From contig OY760175.1 in assembly GCA_963663165.1 (NCBI GenBank), positions 4,992,001-5,056,000 of the forward strand: a stretch of DNA of 64,000 nucleotides, written 5' to 3'. This document shows, piece after piece, positions 1 to 9,107 of the stretch (its first letter is position 1; each line of letters starts with the position of its first letter). The position numbers were made by a program, and so were the translations under genes. The stretch comes from an uncultured Desulfospira sp. GTDB taxonomy: Bacteria; Desulfobacterota; Desulfobacteria; Desulfobacterales; Desulfobacteraceae. The notes under the pieces are model-generated. The model had not been told where the DNA came from. It made no database searches and saw only the letters and a program-made list of their open reading frames with translations.

Positions 1-47
1 TGCAAATTTTTCTGCAACACAGCAGATGGGTGCCTTTTCGTTCAAAC
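1..47 (+). repeat. Partial copy of dispersed MITE-like repeat (family B; ...GCAGATGGGTG...TTTTCGTTCAAAC), truncated by window edge
   Basis: Closely matches reverse complement of 27716-27762; its 3' part resembles 38821-38858. Confidence 0.7.
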
Positions 48-71
48 ACTAAATATAAAAAGAGGTGATGC

Positions 72-1112
72 ATGAAATATTATGAAAAGAACAAGGCCGC
101 ATCCGTACCGGTTCAGGAAGCCGTGGGAAAAGTCCTGCTTCACGATATCACGCGAATTGTACCGGATCTGTTTAAGGGCCCCGAGTTTAAAAAAGGGCAT
201 GTCATCACCCCGGCAGATGTCAAGATTTTGCTGGATATGGGCAAGGAACATATCTATGTTACAGGACTTGAAAACGAAGTCCATGAGGATGAGGCCGCCC
301 TTTGCATTGCCCGGGCCGCTGTGGGACCCCATATCCGGCTCAGTGAGCCCCGGGAGGGCAAGGTGGGGCTCACGTCTCAGATTCTTGGTCTGCTCAGGGT
401 TAATGTGGAGGCCCTGTTTGAGCTGAACCGGATCCAGGATGTGATCTTTGCCACCCTGCACAACCGGCGGACCGTACAGCCGGGAGAGGAACTGGCCGGC
501 ACCCGGGTGGTGCCCCTGACCGTGCCCAAAGACCATCTTGAAACCGCCGAAGCGGTGTGCCGCAAATATTATCCCATTATTGAGGTGGCCCCCTTTAGAA
601 CCTGTGATGTGGGGGTGGTGGTCACCGGGTCCGAGGTGTTTCACCAGCGCATACGGGACGGGTTCGGCCCGGTGGTGACGGAAAAATTTAAGGGCCTGGG
701 ATCCCGGATTCTGGGAAAAAAGGTGGTGTCCGATGATATGGAGATGACCGTTACCGCCATCCGGGACCTGCTGGACAAAGGGGCTGATTTTATAGCCGTG
801 ACCGGCGGAATGTCCGTGGATCCGGACGACCTGACACCGGCGGCCATCCGGGCCGCCGGCGGCCGTGTGGTCACCTACGGCGCCCCGGTGCTGCCCGGTG
901 CCATGTTTATGCTGGCCTATATCGGTGATGTCCCGGTGGTGGGGCTGCCCGGCTGTGTCATGTATTGCCGGGCCTCTATCTTTGATCTGGTGGTGCCCCC
1001 GATTCTGGCCGGTGAAACCATAGACCGGGATGATATTGTCCGAATGGGCCACGGCGGCTTCTGCGCCAATTGCCGGGAATGCCGGTTCCCGGCCTGCAGT
1101 TTCGGCAAGTAG
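72..1112 (+). CDS. Molybdopterin-binding (MoeA/MoCF_biosynth-domain) protein
   Basis: 346-aa ORF; motifs VTGSEV, TGGMSVDPDDLTP, PVLPGAM, GLPG; C-terminal CxxCxxC..C; GAGG RBS. Confidence 0.85.
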   Translation: MKYYEKNKAASVPVQEAVGKVLLHDITRIVPDLFKGPEFKKGHVITPADVKILLDMGKEHIYVTGLENEVHEDEAALCIARAAVGPHIRLSEPREGKVGLTSQILGLLRVNVEALFELNRIQDVIFATLHNRRTVQPGEELAGTRVVPLTVPKDHLETAEAVCRKYYPIIEVAPFRTCDVGVVVTGSEVFHQRIRDGFGPVVTEKFKGLGSRILGKKVVSDDMEMTVTAIRDLLDKGADFIAVTGGMSVDPDDLTPAAIRAAGGRVVTYGAPVLPGAMFMLAYIGDVPVVGLPGCVMYCRASIFDLVVPPILAGETIDRDDIVRMGHGGFCANCRECRFPACSFGK

Positions 1113-1121
1113 GGAGAAATC

Positions 1122-2186
1122 ATGGGAAATTTATTATATAAGGAAGTAAAAACCGCATTGTCAAAAGACCGGCCCTTTGCCCTGGCCATGATTGTCAGCC
1201 ACAAGGGGTCCACCCCGAGGACATCGGGCTCCTGGATGCTGGTATGGCCGGATAAAACCATTGCCGGCACCATTGGTGGCGGGCTGGTGGAAGCCCGGGT
1301 CATGGATGCCTGTGTGGGCATGATGGATAAAGGGCGGTCCGTGATGGAGGACTTTCACCTGGACCAGGAGGCCAAAGCCGGCATGGACATGATCTGCGGC
1401 GGCAGCATGAGCGTTTGGCTGCGCAGTTTTGTGCCGCCGTTTTCAAAAGACCTTTTGGACGGATTTGAAACCATTGCAGGAATAGAGGACAAAGGAGACA
1501 GCGCCCTGGTCATCACCCGGATATCCGGCGGCACAGCCCAGGTGCCGGTGGTGCTTGAAAACGGCAGCACCGATGCCAATGCCCATCTTTTGCCCAAAGA
1601 CCTGCTGGACGATGCCGCAGACCAGGTCTTTTCCGGGCCTGGCATTTGGCGCATGGTGTACGGGCTGGACCAGTATATGGTTCAGAGGTTGATGCCCAAA
1701 GAAACCCTTTATATCTGTGGGGCCGGCCATGTGGGATTTCAGCTGGGCCGGGTGGCCCATATCACTGATTTTTCCACGGTGGTGGTCGATGACCGGCCCG
1801 AGTTTGCAGACCCCTCGCGGTTTCCCCATGCCCGCAAGGTCAAGGTGGTGCCGGAATTCATTTCTGTCTTTAATGGATTTCATGTGGATGAGAACAGCTA
1901 TATTGTTATCCTTACCCGGGGGCATCTCCATGACCAGATTGTTCTGGAACAGGCCCTTGCCACCCGGGCCGCCTATATCGGGATGATCGGATCACGCAAA
2001 AAAAGGGAACAGATCTACGGCAATCTCATGGAAAAGGGGATATCCAAACAGGCGCTGGATTCGGTTTACTCCCCCATCGGCACGGACATTAAAGCACAAA
2101 CCCCGGCTGAAATAGCCATCAGCATCATGGGGGAACTGATCTGTGTCAGAGCAGAGAACAGACAAGGCAAAGGGGAGAGCCGGTGA
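1122..2186 (+). CDS. xdhC: XdhC/CoxI family molybdoenzyme maturation factor
   Basis: GSTPR, GTIGGGLVE, MICGG, GAGHV, TRGH..D, YIGMIGS, PIG..I.AQTPAEIAISI motifs. Confidence 0.9.
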   Translation: MGNLLYKEVKTALSKDRPFALAMIVSHKGSTPRTSGSWMLVWPDKTIAGTIGGGLVEARVMDACVGMMDKGRSVMEDFHLDQEAKAGMDMICGGSMSVWLRSFVPPFSKDLLDGFETIAGIEDKGDSALVITRISGGTAQVPVVLENGSTDANAHLLPKDLLDDAADQVFSGPGIWRMVYGLDQYMVQRLMPKETLYICGAGHVGFQLGRVAHITDFSTVVVDDRPEFADPSRFPHARKVKVVPEFISVFNGFHVDENSYIVILTRGHLHDQIVLEQALATRAAYIGMIGSRKKREQIYGNLMEKGISKQALDSVYSPIGTDIKAQTPAEIAISIMGELICVRAENRQGKGESR

Positions 2187-3298
2187 CAGGCAAAGAAGGG
2201 ACCGGCATATCGGCCCTTATTCTGGCCGCCGGATTTTCCTCGCGCATGGCACCGGCGTTTAAACCCCTGCTGCCCCTGAATGGACGCCCCATGGTCTGTG
2301 CCGTGACCGACCTTTTTTACGGGGCCGGTATCCGTGATATCGTGGTGGTAACCGGCCATAACCATGGGCCGGTGGAATCAGCGGTGAAAAACAGTCCGGC
2401 CCGGGTGGTATTGAACCCGGATTATAGCTTGGGCATGTTTTCCTCCATCCGCACCGGGGTTAAGGCCATAGACCGGGAATCCCCGGGTTTTTTCCTGCTG
2501 CCCGTGGATATCCCGGCCCTGCGGTCGTCAACCCTGGCGCAGATAAAACAGGCCTTCCTGAAAAACCCTGAACAGCCGGTAATCCCCTGTTTCAACGGTA
2601 AAACCGGGCACCCCCCTTTGATCCCGGCTTCAGCCATAGCTTCCATTGAGCAGGCAGGGCCGGACAAAAGCCTTCGGGATATTCTCTTTGCCAAGGATTT
2701 TACCCGTCTTGCCCTTCATGACCGGGGCATTCTCATGGATGTGGACACCCCCACGGGGTACGAGGCGGTGAAAGCAAAATTTGAGAGAAAACAGATCCCG
2801 GACCGGGAGGAGTGCCTGTCCATGATTGAGGCTGAACTAAGGGGGGAGGAGGGCATCAAGGCCCATCTGCTTTTGGTGGAAAAGACAGCCATGGCCCTTT
2901 GCAACGCCCTGGTTCCGGCCCTGCCCGGCCTGAATCCGGATTTGGTCCGGGCCGGGGCCCTGCTCCACGATATCAAACGCAAATCCCCCCGTCATGACCG
3001 GGCCGGCGAGGAATTTCTGCTCGGGTTGGGATTTATTGAACCGGCCGCCATTGTCGGCGAACACATGACCCTTGAAAATCCAGGGGAAGATTTAGGGGAA
3101 AAGGAAATTGTCTATTTTGCGGACAAAGTGTGCGCCGGGACCTGCCTGGACCTGGATTATGAAGCAAGGTTCCAGAAAAAGGCCCGGGATTACCCCCAGG
3201 CCAAGGAAAGGATAACACAGCGACTTGAAACTGCTCGGTACATACATGCCCGGATCAGCGCCGTTACCGGCCGATCTGTCAAGGAAATTCTCAGCTGA
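2183..3298 (+). CDS. MocA-like Moco nucleotidyltransferase fused to HD domain
   Basis: N-terminal LAAGFSSRM..FKPLL, PVDIP, GHPPLI, DVDTP; C-terminal H..LLHDI..H..H..ADK HD-domain motifs; GTG start overlapping xdhC stop. Confidence 0.85.
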   Translation: MTGKEGTGISALILAAGFSSRMAPAFKPLLPLNGRPMVCAVTDLFYGAGIRDIVVVTGHNHGPVESAVKNSPARVVLNPDYSLGMFSSIRTGVKAIDRESPGFFLLPVDIPALRSSTLAQIKQAFLKNPEQPVIPCFNGKTGHPPLIPASAIASIEQAGPDKSLRDILFAKDFTRLALHDRGILMDVDTPTGYEAVKAKFERKQIPDREECLSMIEAELRGEEGIKAHLLLVEKTAMALCNALVPALPGLNPDLVRAGALLHDIKRKSPRHDRAGEEFLLGLGFIEPAAIVGEHMTLENPGEDLGEKEIVYFADKVCAGTCLDLDYEARFQKKARDYPQAKERITQRLETARYIHARISAVTGRSVKEILS

Positions 3299-3875
3299 AA
3301 CGCCCCTTGTCTGCCTGATGCGCCACGGCCGGATCCTGGATTCAGGCGATAAGCGGTTTGTCGGCCAAACCGATCTGCCCCTCAATACCGAGGGCAGGCG
3401 CCAGGCAGCGGCCTGGCAGGATATGTTCCATCAGATTCAGTTTGAGAAAATTTATGTGTCAGGGCTCCTGCGGACCCGGCAGACCGCCGAACTGTGCTGC
3501 CCGGGAAAACCTGTGACACCGGATCCGCGCCTCAATGAAATAGACCTGGGGGACTGGGAGAACTTAAGCTTTGACCAGGTAAAAGCCCAATTTCCAGATG
3601 ATTTTGAACAGCGGGGCCGGGATATTTACCATTTTCGCACACCCGGCGGTGAAAGTTTCAGGGACCTCAAAGAACGGGTGGCCCCGTTCTTTGAATCCCT
3701 GTTTTCCACAGCCGGCCCCGGGTCCGGCCCCACCCTGGTGGTCGCCCACAGCGGGGTGATCCGTGTGATGGCCTGTTTGTGGGGAAAAAAATCCTTTGAC
3801 CGCCTGCTGGACCTGTCCCCCCAATACGGACAGGTCTTTGTATTTACGTCTTGCAGCCCTCGCGGGGTTTGTTAA
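3246..3875 (+). CDS. Histidine phosphatase (phosphoglycerate mutase/CobC-like); start uncertain
   Basis: RHG catalytic motif, L.EID.G.WE, PGGES, VVAHSGVIR; ATG at 3246 overlaps upstream gene. Confidence 0.8.
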   Translation: MPGSAPLPADLSRKFSAETPLVCLMRHGRILDSGDKRFVGQTDLPLNTEGRRQAAAWQDMFHQIQFEKIYVSGLLRTRQTAELCCPGKPVTPDPRLNEIDLGDWENLSFDQVKAQFPDDFEQRGRDIYHFRTPGGESFRDLKERVAPFFESLFSTAGPGSGPTLVVAHSGVIRVMACLWGKKSFDRLLDLSPQYGQVFVFTSCSPRGVC

Positions 3876-3953
3876 AGGCCGTGAACCTGGGTTGTTCGCG
3901 GCCGGCTGACGGTCCGGGCAGTTCTCTTTTAATGCATGGGGGCCAGGCTAATT

Positions 3954-4442
3954 TTATTCATTAATCCGTTTGCCAATAATGGACAAACTGTATTCTTTCC
4001 CATCCATTTCAGCCACATTTGGAAGTTTTCCCCATTCTTCAAACCCAAAGGACTTGAAAAGCTTAAGGCTTGGAATATTGTGTGAAAAGATAAAACAAAC
4101 CACATTTTTTATCAAAAGCTTTTCCGTTTTTTCTAAAGATTGCGCTAACAGTAACCGGCCCAGGCCTTTTTTTCTGTATTCCGGAGAAATATAAATACTG
4201 ATTTCAGCCGTATGCTTATAGGCCGGCCGGCCATAGAATGATTGAAAGCTTACCCAGCCAACGACTTTGCCGTTTTCTTCATGAACCAATAGAGGCCTTT
4301 TTTGAGGGGTATGTTGTTTAAACCATTCTAATCTTGATTCGACAGATACTTCTGCGGTGTCTGCGGTTGATTGCCTTGTCGATATAGTCGTGTTGTATAT
4401 GGCGACGATATCTTTCAAATCTTTCTCTGAAGCATTTCTCAT
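3954..4442 (-). CDS. GNAT N-acetyltransferase (phosphinothricin/methionine sulfoximine acetyltransferase-like)
   Basis: IYN..I, RPAYKHTAEISIYI, RKKGLG, N.PS..LF...GF motifs; AT-rich relative to neighbours. Confidence 0.85.
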   Translation of the reverse strand: MRNASEKDLKDIVAIYNTTISTRQSTADTAEVSVESRLEWFKQHTPQKRPLLVHEENGKVVGWVSFQSFYGRPAYKHTAEISIYISPEYRKKGLGRLLLAQSLEKTEKLLIKNVVCFIFSHNIPSLKLFKSFGFEEWGKLPNVAEMDGKEYSLSIIGKRINE

Positions 4443-4474
4443 GTTATCTTTTTAATCGTTCTGTTTTTATTTTG

Positions 4475-4541
4475 TAACTATTCAGCGAATGCTGAAAAAG
4501 GATCAAAAACCAGGGCCCGTAACTGTTCATCAGTGCTTCAT
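4475..4541 (-). repeat. 67-bp dispersed element (family C), copy 1
   Basis: Reverse complement aligns without gaps to 55982-56048 (55/67 identical by hand count). Confidence 0.75.
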
Positions 4542-4626
4542 TTTTTAGTGTCTGGCTGGACAACCAAAGACGGTTCGGTTTCTGCCTTTAACAAATCAAT
4601 TTTACAGGAGGTTAACCGGTTCCGGG

Positions 4627-5319
4627 TTATGGCCGGTAAACGGTCGGATCAGGTATGCCCGCTTCATTAAATCCTTTTTTCCGGTGCAGGCAGGCGTCGC
4701 ACCGCCCGCAGGACCGGCCTTTCGAATCCGGATCATAACAGGAAATGGTCAAACCGTAGTCCACGCCTAAGGCATGGCCGGTCCTGATGATTTCGGATTT
4801 GGACATGCGGATTAAGGGGGTGTTGATTTTCAGGAAAACTTCGCCGGTGACCCCGGTTTTGGTGGCCAGGTTGGCCATGGTTTCAAAGGCCTTGATAAAT
4901 TCAGGGCGGCAGTCCGGATACCCGGAATAATCAACCGCCGTGACCCCGATAAAAATGGAGCACGCCTTGAGAACCTCTGCCCAGGCCATGGCATAGGAAA
5001 GAAAAATGGTGTTCCGGGCCGGGACATAGGTGACGGGGATTTCATCTGCCGTAAGCTGGTCCACCCGGTCGTGTTTGGGCACTGAAATATCATCGGTAAG
5101 GGCGGATGCCCCGAACTGCCGCAGGTCAATGTCAATAATTTTATGGTCTCTGGCGCCCAGGAACCGGGCCACTTTTCTGGCGGATTCAAGCTCCACCTGA
5201 TGGCGCTGCCCGTACCGAAAGCTTAAACTGTAAATCTCATTTCCCTCATCCTTTGCCAGGGCCATGGCCGTGGTGGAGTCAATCCCGCCACTGGAAAGAA
5301 CGACAGCTTTATTTTTCAT
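4627..5319 (-). CDS. queC: 7-cyano-7-deazaguanine synthase
   Basis: [39 protein letters not shown] motifs. Confidence 0.95.
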   Translation of the reverse strand: MKNKAVVLSSGGIDSTTAMALAKDEGNEIYSLSFRYGQRHQVELESARKVARFLGARDHKIIDIDLRQFGASALTDDISVPKHDRVDQLTADEIPVTYVPARNTIFLSYAMAWAEVLKACSIFIGVTAVDYSGYPDCRPEFIKAFETMANLATKTGVTGEVFLKINTPLIRMSKSEIIRTGHALGVDYGLTISCYDPDSKGRSCGRCDACLHRKKGFNEAGIPDPTVYRP

Positions 5320-5341
5320 GGTTATAATATTCCTTATAAAA

Positions 5342-5370
5342 GCTATTAGCTGTTAGCCATTAGCTAACTG
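5342..5370. repeat. Short heptamer tandem repeat (TTAGCTG-type)
   Basis: gctattagctgttagccattagctaactg between queE and queC. Confidence 0.6.
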
Positions 5371-5377
5371 CTTTTCG

Positions 5378-6028
5378 TTATACCCCGCGTTGGTTTGGGT
5401 CCCATATAACCTTATGCTGCTGAATGGAAAGCCGGGCATTTAAACGGTCCTCCAGAATCCAGGCCGCAAGGTCCTGAAAAGCCACCCTGTCCCATACCGG
5501 TGACAGATGGATTTTATCTGCCGGCCTGTTTTGCAGGCGGGCCTGGATCATCTGTCTGGCAAACTCGTAATCTTCCCTGGAACCGATAACAAATTTTATT
5601 TCATCGTGGCGGGTCAGACGGGTCAGATTTTCGGTCAGAAAAGAGCCCTGTTCCCCCGAAGACGGGCACTTGACATCCAGAATGCGGATACACCGATGAT
5701 CAACGTCTTGAATGTCCCGGCTGCCGTTGGTTTCCAGCAGAACCTGATAGCCTTCTTCCAACAGGGTTTCAATCAGTTCCGGGGTCTGGGCCTGGATCAG
5801 GGGCTCGCCCCCGGTAATTTCTACCAGCGGACAGCCAAACGTGCGGACCTTTTCCCGGATGGTTTCAAGGGACATGGGCTTTGATTCTGACTCGTTTTTG
5901 GAATAGCGGGTGTCGCACCAGGCACAGTCCAGGTTGCAGCCGGACAGCCGGACAAATACGCAGGGCAGACCGGCAAAGGTGGATTCCCCCTGGAGGCTGT
6001 AAAAAATTTCACAGATGTTCAGGGCCAA
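5378..6028 (-). CDS. queE: 7-carboxy-7-deazaguanine synthase (radical SAM)
   Basis: EIFYSLQGES, CNLDCAWCDT, ITGGEPL, LETNG, QQHK. Confidence 0.93.
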   Translation of the reverse strand: MALNICEIFYSLQGESTFAGLPCVFVRLSGCNLDCAWCDTRYSKNESESKPMSLETIREKVRTFGCPLVEITGGEPLIQAQTPELIETLLEEGYQVLLETNGSRDIQDVDHRCIRILDVKCPSSGEQGSFLTENLTRLTRHDEIKFVIGSREDYEFARQMIQARLQNRPADKIHLSPVWDRVAFQDLAAWILEDRLNARLSIQQHKVIWDPNQRGV

Positions 6029-6409
6029 TCAAATCTCCCGAAAGGTTGAGCCGCATCCCGGGCTTTCAATCACCGTGACTTGTATGATTTTAATATGCTC
6101 AGTGTTTAAGCGCCTGGAAAGTTCACTGTACAGGAATTTTGACAGGTTCTCGGAGGTGGGGTTGACATTGGAGAATTCCACCACTTCATTAAGATTCGTG
6201 TGGTCCAGCTTGCTTAATACATCTTTGAGCACCCGTTTGACATCCCTGAAATCAATGCCGATGCCCAGTTTGTTAAGACGGGTACACTGGAGCTTGGCCT
6301 CCACGGTCCAGTTATGGCCGTGGAGGTTGGAGCAGTTCCCGTCATATCCCTTTAATGCGTGGGCTGCCGCAAAATGGTCGGTTACAAAAACTTCATAGAC
6401 GCCTGGCAT
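6029..6409 (-). CDS. queD: 6-carboxy-5,6,7,8-tetrahydropterin synthase
   Basis: FAAAHAL..YDGNCSNLHGHNW, LDHTNLN, NPTSENL; start placed at MPGVYEV. Confidence 0.93.
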   Translation of the reverse strand: MPGVYEVFVTDHFAAAHALKGYDGNCSNLHGHNWTVEAKLQCTRLNKLGIGIDFRDVKRVLKDVLSKLDHTNLNEVVEFSNVNPTSENLSKFLYSELSRRLNTEHIKIIQVTVIESPGCGSTFREI

Positions 6410-6591
6410 GGTCGATCCCCTTGATTTAGATTTTTTTGGGCCGGATATCACAAATGTATCATAAATTTGGTTTAGAATCCAAAAAGTCAAGGGACGGGCA
6501 GCTCAGAAACGTATTTATAATCCGACATTATATTTGGATGTTGCTGGTAAATTTTATAATGTAGAATCCTTACCGTCTTGCCCCTGCACCT

Positions 6592-6899
6592 CGCTATCGC
6601 TATCGATCGGGTCATGAGGTCGATTTTGATTTCGAGTTGCACGTCCGGACTGGAGGAATGTTTTAGACCAAGAGCTTTTTGTGGACCAGGTAGACATGGT
6701 GGACAAAGTGGACCCGCTAAAGGATTGAATGCACAATGTCCACACTGTTCACCAAGTCCACACTGTCCACAATTTGAATTGTTCCTGTGAAAACCATTTT
6801 CTTTCCGGTCCCGATAGCCCCGGTAGGGTGGACATAAGCGCAGCGTTGCCCACCATTGCCGGCTGGACCCATATTCAATTCCGATCCCGATAGCGATAG
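6592..6899. repeat. Nested inverted short-repeat mosaic including a GTAG-type REP-like palindrome (6823-6854)
   Basis: cgctatcgctatcg at 6592 vs cgatagcgatag at 6888; 4x GTGGAC-like (9-bp period, 6681-6713) facing 4x GTCCAC-like (6738-6770); GTAGGGTGGACA..TGCCCACC. Confidence 0.7.
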
Positions 6900-6956
6900 T
6901 GAGCGGTACCCCTGTTTGAACCGGCATTCGAAAAATTCAACTATTTTGAAGCTCCA

Positions 6957-7472
6957 TTATTCCTTTGGGAACCAGTCCGGAACGTGCAGGTCCTTTGCGA
7001 TCAGATAGTGGGGGGAGTAGGGTTTAATGTCGATTACCGGGCTTCCGTCAACCGCCTCCAGTCCTTTAACGTTAAGGACATTTCCTTTTATTTCTATCAG
7101 TTGGATGGCCGAGACCAGAACCGGGTTGGGCCGGGCCGGGCTGCATGTGGCAAAGATCCCCTGTTTGGGGATCTCTTTATTGCCCATGGGATGGACATGC
7201 TGTAATTTTCTTTTGTCCGGGTCGATCAAATGGGGCCAGTACAACACCAGAATATGGGAAAATGCCTCAAGTCCCTGGAGCAGGGGCGTCCAGGCATCAA
7301 ATATGTGAATTTCACTTAAGGTGTTCTGGATGCGCTCGTGTTCTTGCATCATGCTTTCAGCAGAAATTTCTGATGAGAGCCCGTCTTTTTGCGCTTTCAG
7401 GACAGGGGTTTTAATGGGGCTGCTTACTTTTCCCACCGGTTCCAGGGTCATGTCAGGCCAGGTTGCTTCCAT
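6957..7472 (-). CDS. tsaA: tRNA m6t6A37 methyltransferase TrmO/TsaA family
   Basis: GLEAFSHI, GIFATCSPARPNP, GLEAVDGSPVIDIKPY. Confidence 0.9.
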   Translation of the reverse strand: MEATWPDMTLEPVGKVSSPIKTPVLKAQKDGLSSEISAESMMQEHERIQNTLSEIHIFDAWTPLLQGLEAFSHILVLYWPHLIDPDKRKLQHVHPMGNKEIPKQGIFATCSPARPNPVLVSAIQLIEIKGNVLNVKGLEAVDGSPVIDIKPYSPHYLIAKDLHVPDWFPKE

Positions 7473-7486
7473 GGTGTCTCCTTAAT

Positions 7487-7553
7487 TTAGCTGTTAGCTT
7501 TTAGCTGTTAGCCATTAGCCTTTGGTTTCACCTGCTAACAGTTAACAGCTGAT
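7487..7553. repeat. Inverted heptamer array (TTAGCTG)n ... (CTAACAG)n
   Basis: ttagctgttagcttttagctgttagccattagcc...gctaacagttaacagctgat. Confidence 0.7.
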
Positions 7554-7692
7554 ATATAAAATAAATTCCCCTGCCGGTGTCAAGAAAATTTCAAAAGGAA
7601 GTTAAAGTGTGGTAAACAAACAAACTTGAAGGTATAGTAGGCCCGATAAAACCAATGGGGAAAACCATATTAAATAAGCAGGTTTAAAACAT

Positions 7693-8643
7693 ATGCACAA
7701 GATATTCATAGACGGACAGGAAGGGACCACGGGACTTGAAATCAGGGACCGGCTGCAAGACCGGGCAGACATTGAACTTGTAGAGATCCCCCATGACCGG
7801 CGCAAGGATATGGATTTAAAAAAACAGATCATCAACGCCTGTGACCTTGTTATTCTCTGCCTGCCCGATGATGCGGCAAGACAGTCTGTGGCCCTGGCCC
7901 AAGAGGGCACGACCCGGTTTATAGACGCTTCAACCGCCTTCAGGACCAGCAAAGACTGGGTATACGGCCTGCCTGAAATGGCCGAAGGCCAGCGCCAAAA
8001 GATCAAAGATGCCCCCTATGTGTCCAACCCGGGATGTTACCCCACCGGGTTTATCCTGCCGGTCAGGCCCCTGGTGGCGCTTAACATTATGCCCAAAGAT
8101 TATCCGGCAACGGTTTATGCCTTAAGCGGCTACAGCGGCGGCGGAAAAAAGCTGATCAATGCACATGAAACCTGCCCTCTCGAGCAGATGGACCAGATTG
8201 CGGCAAGGCCTTATGCGTTTAACCTTCAGCACAAGCATATTCCCGAGATGCAGACCTATACGGGGCTGTCCAATGCCCCGATTTTTTCTCCCCATGTGGG
8301 CAACTATTACCGGGGCATGCTGGTCAATGTCCCGGTGTTTCCAAGGCTGCTGAAGGGTCATCCAGGACCGGAAAGCATCCGGGATATATTGGCTAAATTC
8401 TATGAAACAGAGCCTTTTGTAAAGGTCATGGAAGGGCCGACCGAGCAATACCTGGACAAGGGGTTTTTGTCACCCCTTGGGTGCAACCAGACCAACCGGG
8501 TGGAGATTTTTGTTTCCGGCCACGGGGAACAGGTCCTTTTGACGGCCCGCCTGGACAACCTGGGCAAGGGGGCGTCCGGGGCAGCGGTCCAGAACCTGAA
8601 CATCATGCTCGGGGCTGATGAAACCCTGGGGCTGTCCGACTGA
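7693..8643 (+). CDS. argC: N-acetyl-gamma-glutamyl-phosphate reductase (type 2)
   Basis: FIDGQEGTTGL, DASTAFR, SNPGCYPTG, SGYSGGGK, DNLGKGASGAAVQN. Confidence 0.95.
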   Translation: MHKIFIDGQEGTTGLEIRDRLQDRADIELVEIPHDRRKDMDLKKQIINACDLVILCLPDDAARQSVALAQEGTTRFIDASTAFRTSKDWVYGLPEMAEGQRQKIKDAPYVSNPGCYPTGFILPVRPLVALNIMPKDYPATVYALSGYSGGGKKLINAHETCPLEQMDQIAARPYAFNLQHKHIPEMQTYTGLSNAPIFSPHVGNYYRGMLVNVPVFPRLLKGHPGPESIRDILAKFYETEPFVKVMEGPTEQYLDKGFLSPLGCNQTNRVEIFVSGHGEQVLLTARLDNLGKGASGAAVQNLNIMLGADETLGLSD

Positions 8644-8784
8644 GCTGCCGGGTTTTTCCATAAAATACTGCCGCTAACCTGGATCTAATCAGGGGCTAAT
8701 TGCCTGCTAACGAAAACCAGGTAAACCTTAACGGATCTGCATGCCGGATCGGCATATTATGGGAACATACCGGAGAAATACCAA

Positions 8785-9063
8785 ATGAAATGGACACCTT
8801 GTGTGATGATTCTGCTCTTTTTAGCCACCGGCTGCACCATGCGGCCGACCTCTTCTGACGGGCTGTTCGTCACTTTTAAGCACGGAAAGGCCCTGTTCCG
8901 TGTGGCCAAGGCCAAGGCCGAAGAAGAGTGTGAATCTTTGGGCAAGATGGCCAGACATGACCGGACCGACTGCACCCAGGATGCCTGCACCAGTACGTTC
9001 ATGTGTGTGGGCAACAGCAACACGATCGAAGCCAAAGAAAATAGCGAAACAGAGCAGAAGTAG
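8785..9063 (+). CDS. Small hypothetical lipoprotein
   Basis: 92 aa, signal peptide with LATGC lipobox, GGAG RBS upstream. Confidence 0.6.
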   Translation: MKWTPCVMILLFLATGCTMRPTSSDGLFVTFKHGKALFRVAKAKAEEECESLGKMARHDRTDCTQDACTSTFMCVGNSNTIEAKENSETEQK

Positions 9064-9107
9064 ATCAATGGGCTGAAGGTGGATAGGCCCACAAACGGGA
9101 AATTACT

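Noticed and set aside
42..1052. Long antisense ORFs (also 17471-18373, 11615-12277, 60875-61510)
   Set aside because: Shadows of well-supported genes on the opposite strand
4627..6409. queDEC as a 7-deazaguanine DNA-modification (Dpd) defence island
   Set aside because: No dpdA/tgt-like or other dpd genes nearby; context is housekeeping tRNA modification
6487..6927. 146-aa ORF and Cys/His-rich small ORFs
   Set aside because: Periodic residues arise from the 6- and 9-bp DNA repeats; no protein family features
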